Source: a virus
Length of the DNA: 64,000 bases
Direction: 5' to 3' (one strand)
Virus record (IMG/VR): IMGVR_UViG_3300042452_000786
Span: 11,875-75,874 of that record
Both the position numbers and the translations under genes were made by a program. The first letter of the stretch is position 1. Each line of letters begins with the position of its first letter. This document shows, piece by piece, positions 61,760 through 64,000 of the stretch. Under the pieces are notes generated by a model, which was given only the letters and a program-made list of their open reading frames with translations, did no database searches and had not been told where the DNA came from.

Positions 61760-64000
61760 TCAGAACGGAACTCCGTTGTATTTGGTGTAGTCAAAGTGTG
61801 TTATACCAGGCTGGACCGGTTCATTTTCAACATTTAGCGATGGCTGATAAACAGCAGCTTTGGAAAGAGCTTTTTGCATTGCAGCGCGAAGATTCCGACC
61901 AGGGCGGGTGCCCATGTATTGTTCAGTAGCAACAGCTTCTTCCAGTGCTGGAGTAGAGCGAATTTGCGGTGCTACGCCTGCGCCAGGAATTACGAGCTGG
62001 GTTGGCTTGAATTCACGGTGAGTCACAACTGTTGCAGAAGCGGGCTCAAGTTGAATTGTTTGAGCAGCACTATTACTTTGCAGATCAGCGGGATCTCCCC
62101 AAATCCCAGCATGGATATGTGCACGCAAGAAGGATTGTTCTGCTGGTGTTGGAACACGCGTTGAAATTTTTTCCATTCTGGTTTTGTATGCGGTTTGAGG
62201 ATTAACATTTTGCGCAACGCCAGATGAAGCAATTAACGAATTAATTTTTGCTTCACGTGCACTACCTGGAGTTGGTAACGGCGTTTGTTCATCAGGATCT
62301 AACCAAAAACCTGTTTCTCTTTCTGCACGTGAAAAAGCGGGGCTTTTGTCAAAACGTGTTCCAAGAGTTGATCGGGCTCCACCACCAGGGCTTTCTAATG
62401 CCCCTGGCGCATAAACTAATCCTTCTGGAGTTTTAGCTTCTGGGAAAGCAGCAAGCAATCTTTCACGTTCAACGGGATCAAATGAAGCACGGTTAATAAC
62501 GTCTGCGGAAATGCCTTTAAACGTACGTCCTTCTTTACCCATAATGCGTTGCGGTTCAACTGTTTCACCTGAAATAGGTACAACGGAACCATGTGCAATT
62601 TCGGCAAGTCCGACGTCGCTGCCGGTCAAAATTTCTCCTGTATCTTTATGTCTGTAAAGAACAGTTTCTAAATCAAGCGGTGAACCAGAACGTGTGTGGC
62701 CATATTCAGATTCAAGTGATTCACGACGTCGTCCAACGCCACCAACTTCTTGGCGGCCAGCGCCACCAGCTGCACGCATGCGATACAACTCAGGGGTTGC
62801 AACTGCTTTTTCAGCCGGAACAGCGGACATGCCTACAACATCGCCAGTTGTTTGGCTGACGATAGGAGCCATTTTTGTTCCTTGTTGAATTTCTTCTGGG
62901 ATGGAGAAAAGAACAGGCATATCTTTTGCTCGATTTAAACGAGTTGTTGCTTCAGTCCAATCACTGTGCGCATCCATTAAAACTTGTCGTTGCGCTTGAG
63001 GAAGTTGATTGAACATGTTGTTTGTAATTTTGTCAGTCGGTTCTTTTCCAAACTGCTTTAAAATCCCTGCTTTTACATTGTTTAGTGTAGTCTGCTTGCC
63101 AATTGCAATATTTTCAAGAGCTTGAACTTGCGTCGGGTTTGTTGTTATAAACTCATTTGCGCTAGGTTCGCCAGCACCAACAACACCAAACGGTTTAAAG
63201 AAACTTTTTGTTGGAACAGTTTCGCCGCCAGGGAGTGTGACATTCAAGGGAAGCGCACGTTGTCCAGCCGCTTCTAACAGCTTAGGATCTTCTGTGATGT
63301 CGTACAGACCTGTAACTTGTTTTAAGAAAGTAAGTGCACGCGGGTCTGTTTCGGCTTCAAGTCCTGCTGCTTTACGTTGTTGAGGTGTACCCTCAATTTG
63401 CATCTTGAGTGCAGCAAGTTGTGGCGCTGCTTCTGCTAAACGTTCTTGCCTTGCAATTTCACGTTGTTGTTTTGCTTGCTCGACCCAACCAGCTTTTCCT
63501 CCCAAGTAACCTTGAACTTTGCCGAGAACGCTTTGTTCGCCAGCGGTAACAACACGTGGATCAATTGTGCTTGATTGACGCCAAATTTCACTTGCAGGAG
63601 CATACTCTTCTCCGCTTACCAGGGAAGAGTAACGGCCTTCGGGATAAACTCCTTGTGCTTCACGTGTTGCAATAGCAGCTTCAATATCTCGTGCGCCAGC
63701 TAGACGTGTAACTTTAGGTGTTAAGAATGCGCCAGTAATATCCCGTTGCTCTGCAGGACCTATTTCACCTGGATAAAATTGTTGTTCAACTGTAGCTGTT
63801 TCCCGGCTTGGACCTTCACCTTGGATACGGACTAAACTACGTCCGCCTAATTTAGGTGCAGGTACTTCCCCGTGGTGAACAATTCGACCGGAGCCAGAAT
63901 AGCCGATGTTTCTTGCGGGAATGTCTAATTGTTCTTTGACTGTTGGGTTTAAATCTGATGTTTGTTGAAAAGGAGAATAAGTAGGAACAGCAGGGGTGTA
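61760..64000 (-). CDS. large hypothetical protein, 5' truncated (over 746 aa)
   Basis: I read the frame from 63505 to 64000 and found no stop. Confidence 0.7.
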   Translation of the reverse strand, partial: YTPAVPTYSPFQQTSDLNPTVKEQLDIPARNIGYSGSGRIVHHGEVPAPKLGGRSLVRIQGEGPSRETATVEQQFYPGEIGPAEQRDITGAFLTPKVTRLAGARDIEAAIATREAQGVYPEGRYSSLVSGEEYAPASEIWRQSSTIDPRVVTAGEQSVLGKVQGYLGGKAGWVEQAKQQREIARQERLAEAAPQLAALKMQIEGTPQQRKAAGLEAETDPRALTFLKQVTGLYDITEDPKLLEAAGQRALPLNVTLPGGETVPTKSFFKPFGVVGAGEPSANEFITTNPTQVQALENIAIGKQTTLNNVKAGILKQFGKEPTDKITNNMFNQLPQAQRQVLMDAHSDWTEATTRLNRAKDMPVLFSIPEEIQQGTKMAPIVSQTTGDVVGMSAVPAEKAVATPELYRMRAAGGAGRQEVGGVGRRRESLESEYGHTRSGSPLDLETVLYRHKDTGEILTGSDVGLAEIAHGSVVPISGETVEPQRIMGKEGRTFKGISADVINRASFDPVERERLLAAFPEAKTPEGLVYAPGALESPGGGARSTLGTRFDKSPAFSRAERETGFWLDPDEQTPLPTPGSAREAKINSLIASSGVAQNVNPQTAYKTRMEKISTRVPTPAEQSFLRAHIHAGIWGDPADLQSNSAAQTIQLEPASATVVTHREFKPTQLVIPGAGVAPQIRSTPALEEAVATEQYMGTRPGRNLRAAMQKALSKAAVYQPSLNVENEPVQPGITHFDYTKYNGVPF

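Overview
A 64-kb gene-dense segment of a tailed dsDNA phage genome, most likely infecting a picocyanobacterium (NblA-like genes, SpeD, prolyl-hydroxylase-type 2OG-Fe(II) oxygenase, Dps, tRNA-Leu(UAA)/Thr(UGU)). Both ends cut through genes. About 1-13 kb (mostly + strand) is replication/early: SSB, Gp157-like protein, PD-(D/E)XK exonuclease, free-standing GIY-YIG endonuclease and a Prim-Pol/SF3 primase-helicase. 13-26 kb is a mixed accessory region containing a 470-bp non-coding control locus. 26-64 kb (mostly - strand) is morphogenesis and lysis: putative ejection proteins, TerS/TerL, portal, scaffold, major capsid protein, adaptor, wall hydrolases, fibres/spikes and endolysin. I saw no tape measure, sheath, integrase or CRISPR array. 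Main observations: (1) the capsid gene is split after codon 4 by a group I intron whose P1 loop carries an HNH gene on the opposite strand; (2) four TGTGGGT-N13-GTAYAT boxes form two inverted pairs directly upstream of a gene for a tandem, apparently inactivated HNH-fold protein, a candidate origin/initiator or operator system; (3) the portal and scaffold frames overlap by 533 nt; (4) an 11-residue-repeat protein lies in a putative ejection cluster; (5) a ~180-nt structured RNA candidate; (6) a circularly permuted M23 peptidase and a probably inactive lysozyme paralog. All family calls come from motif recognition by eye; no database search was run.
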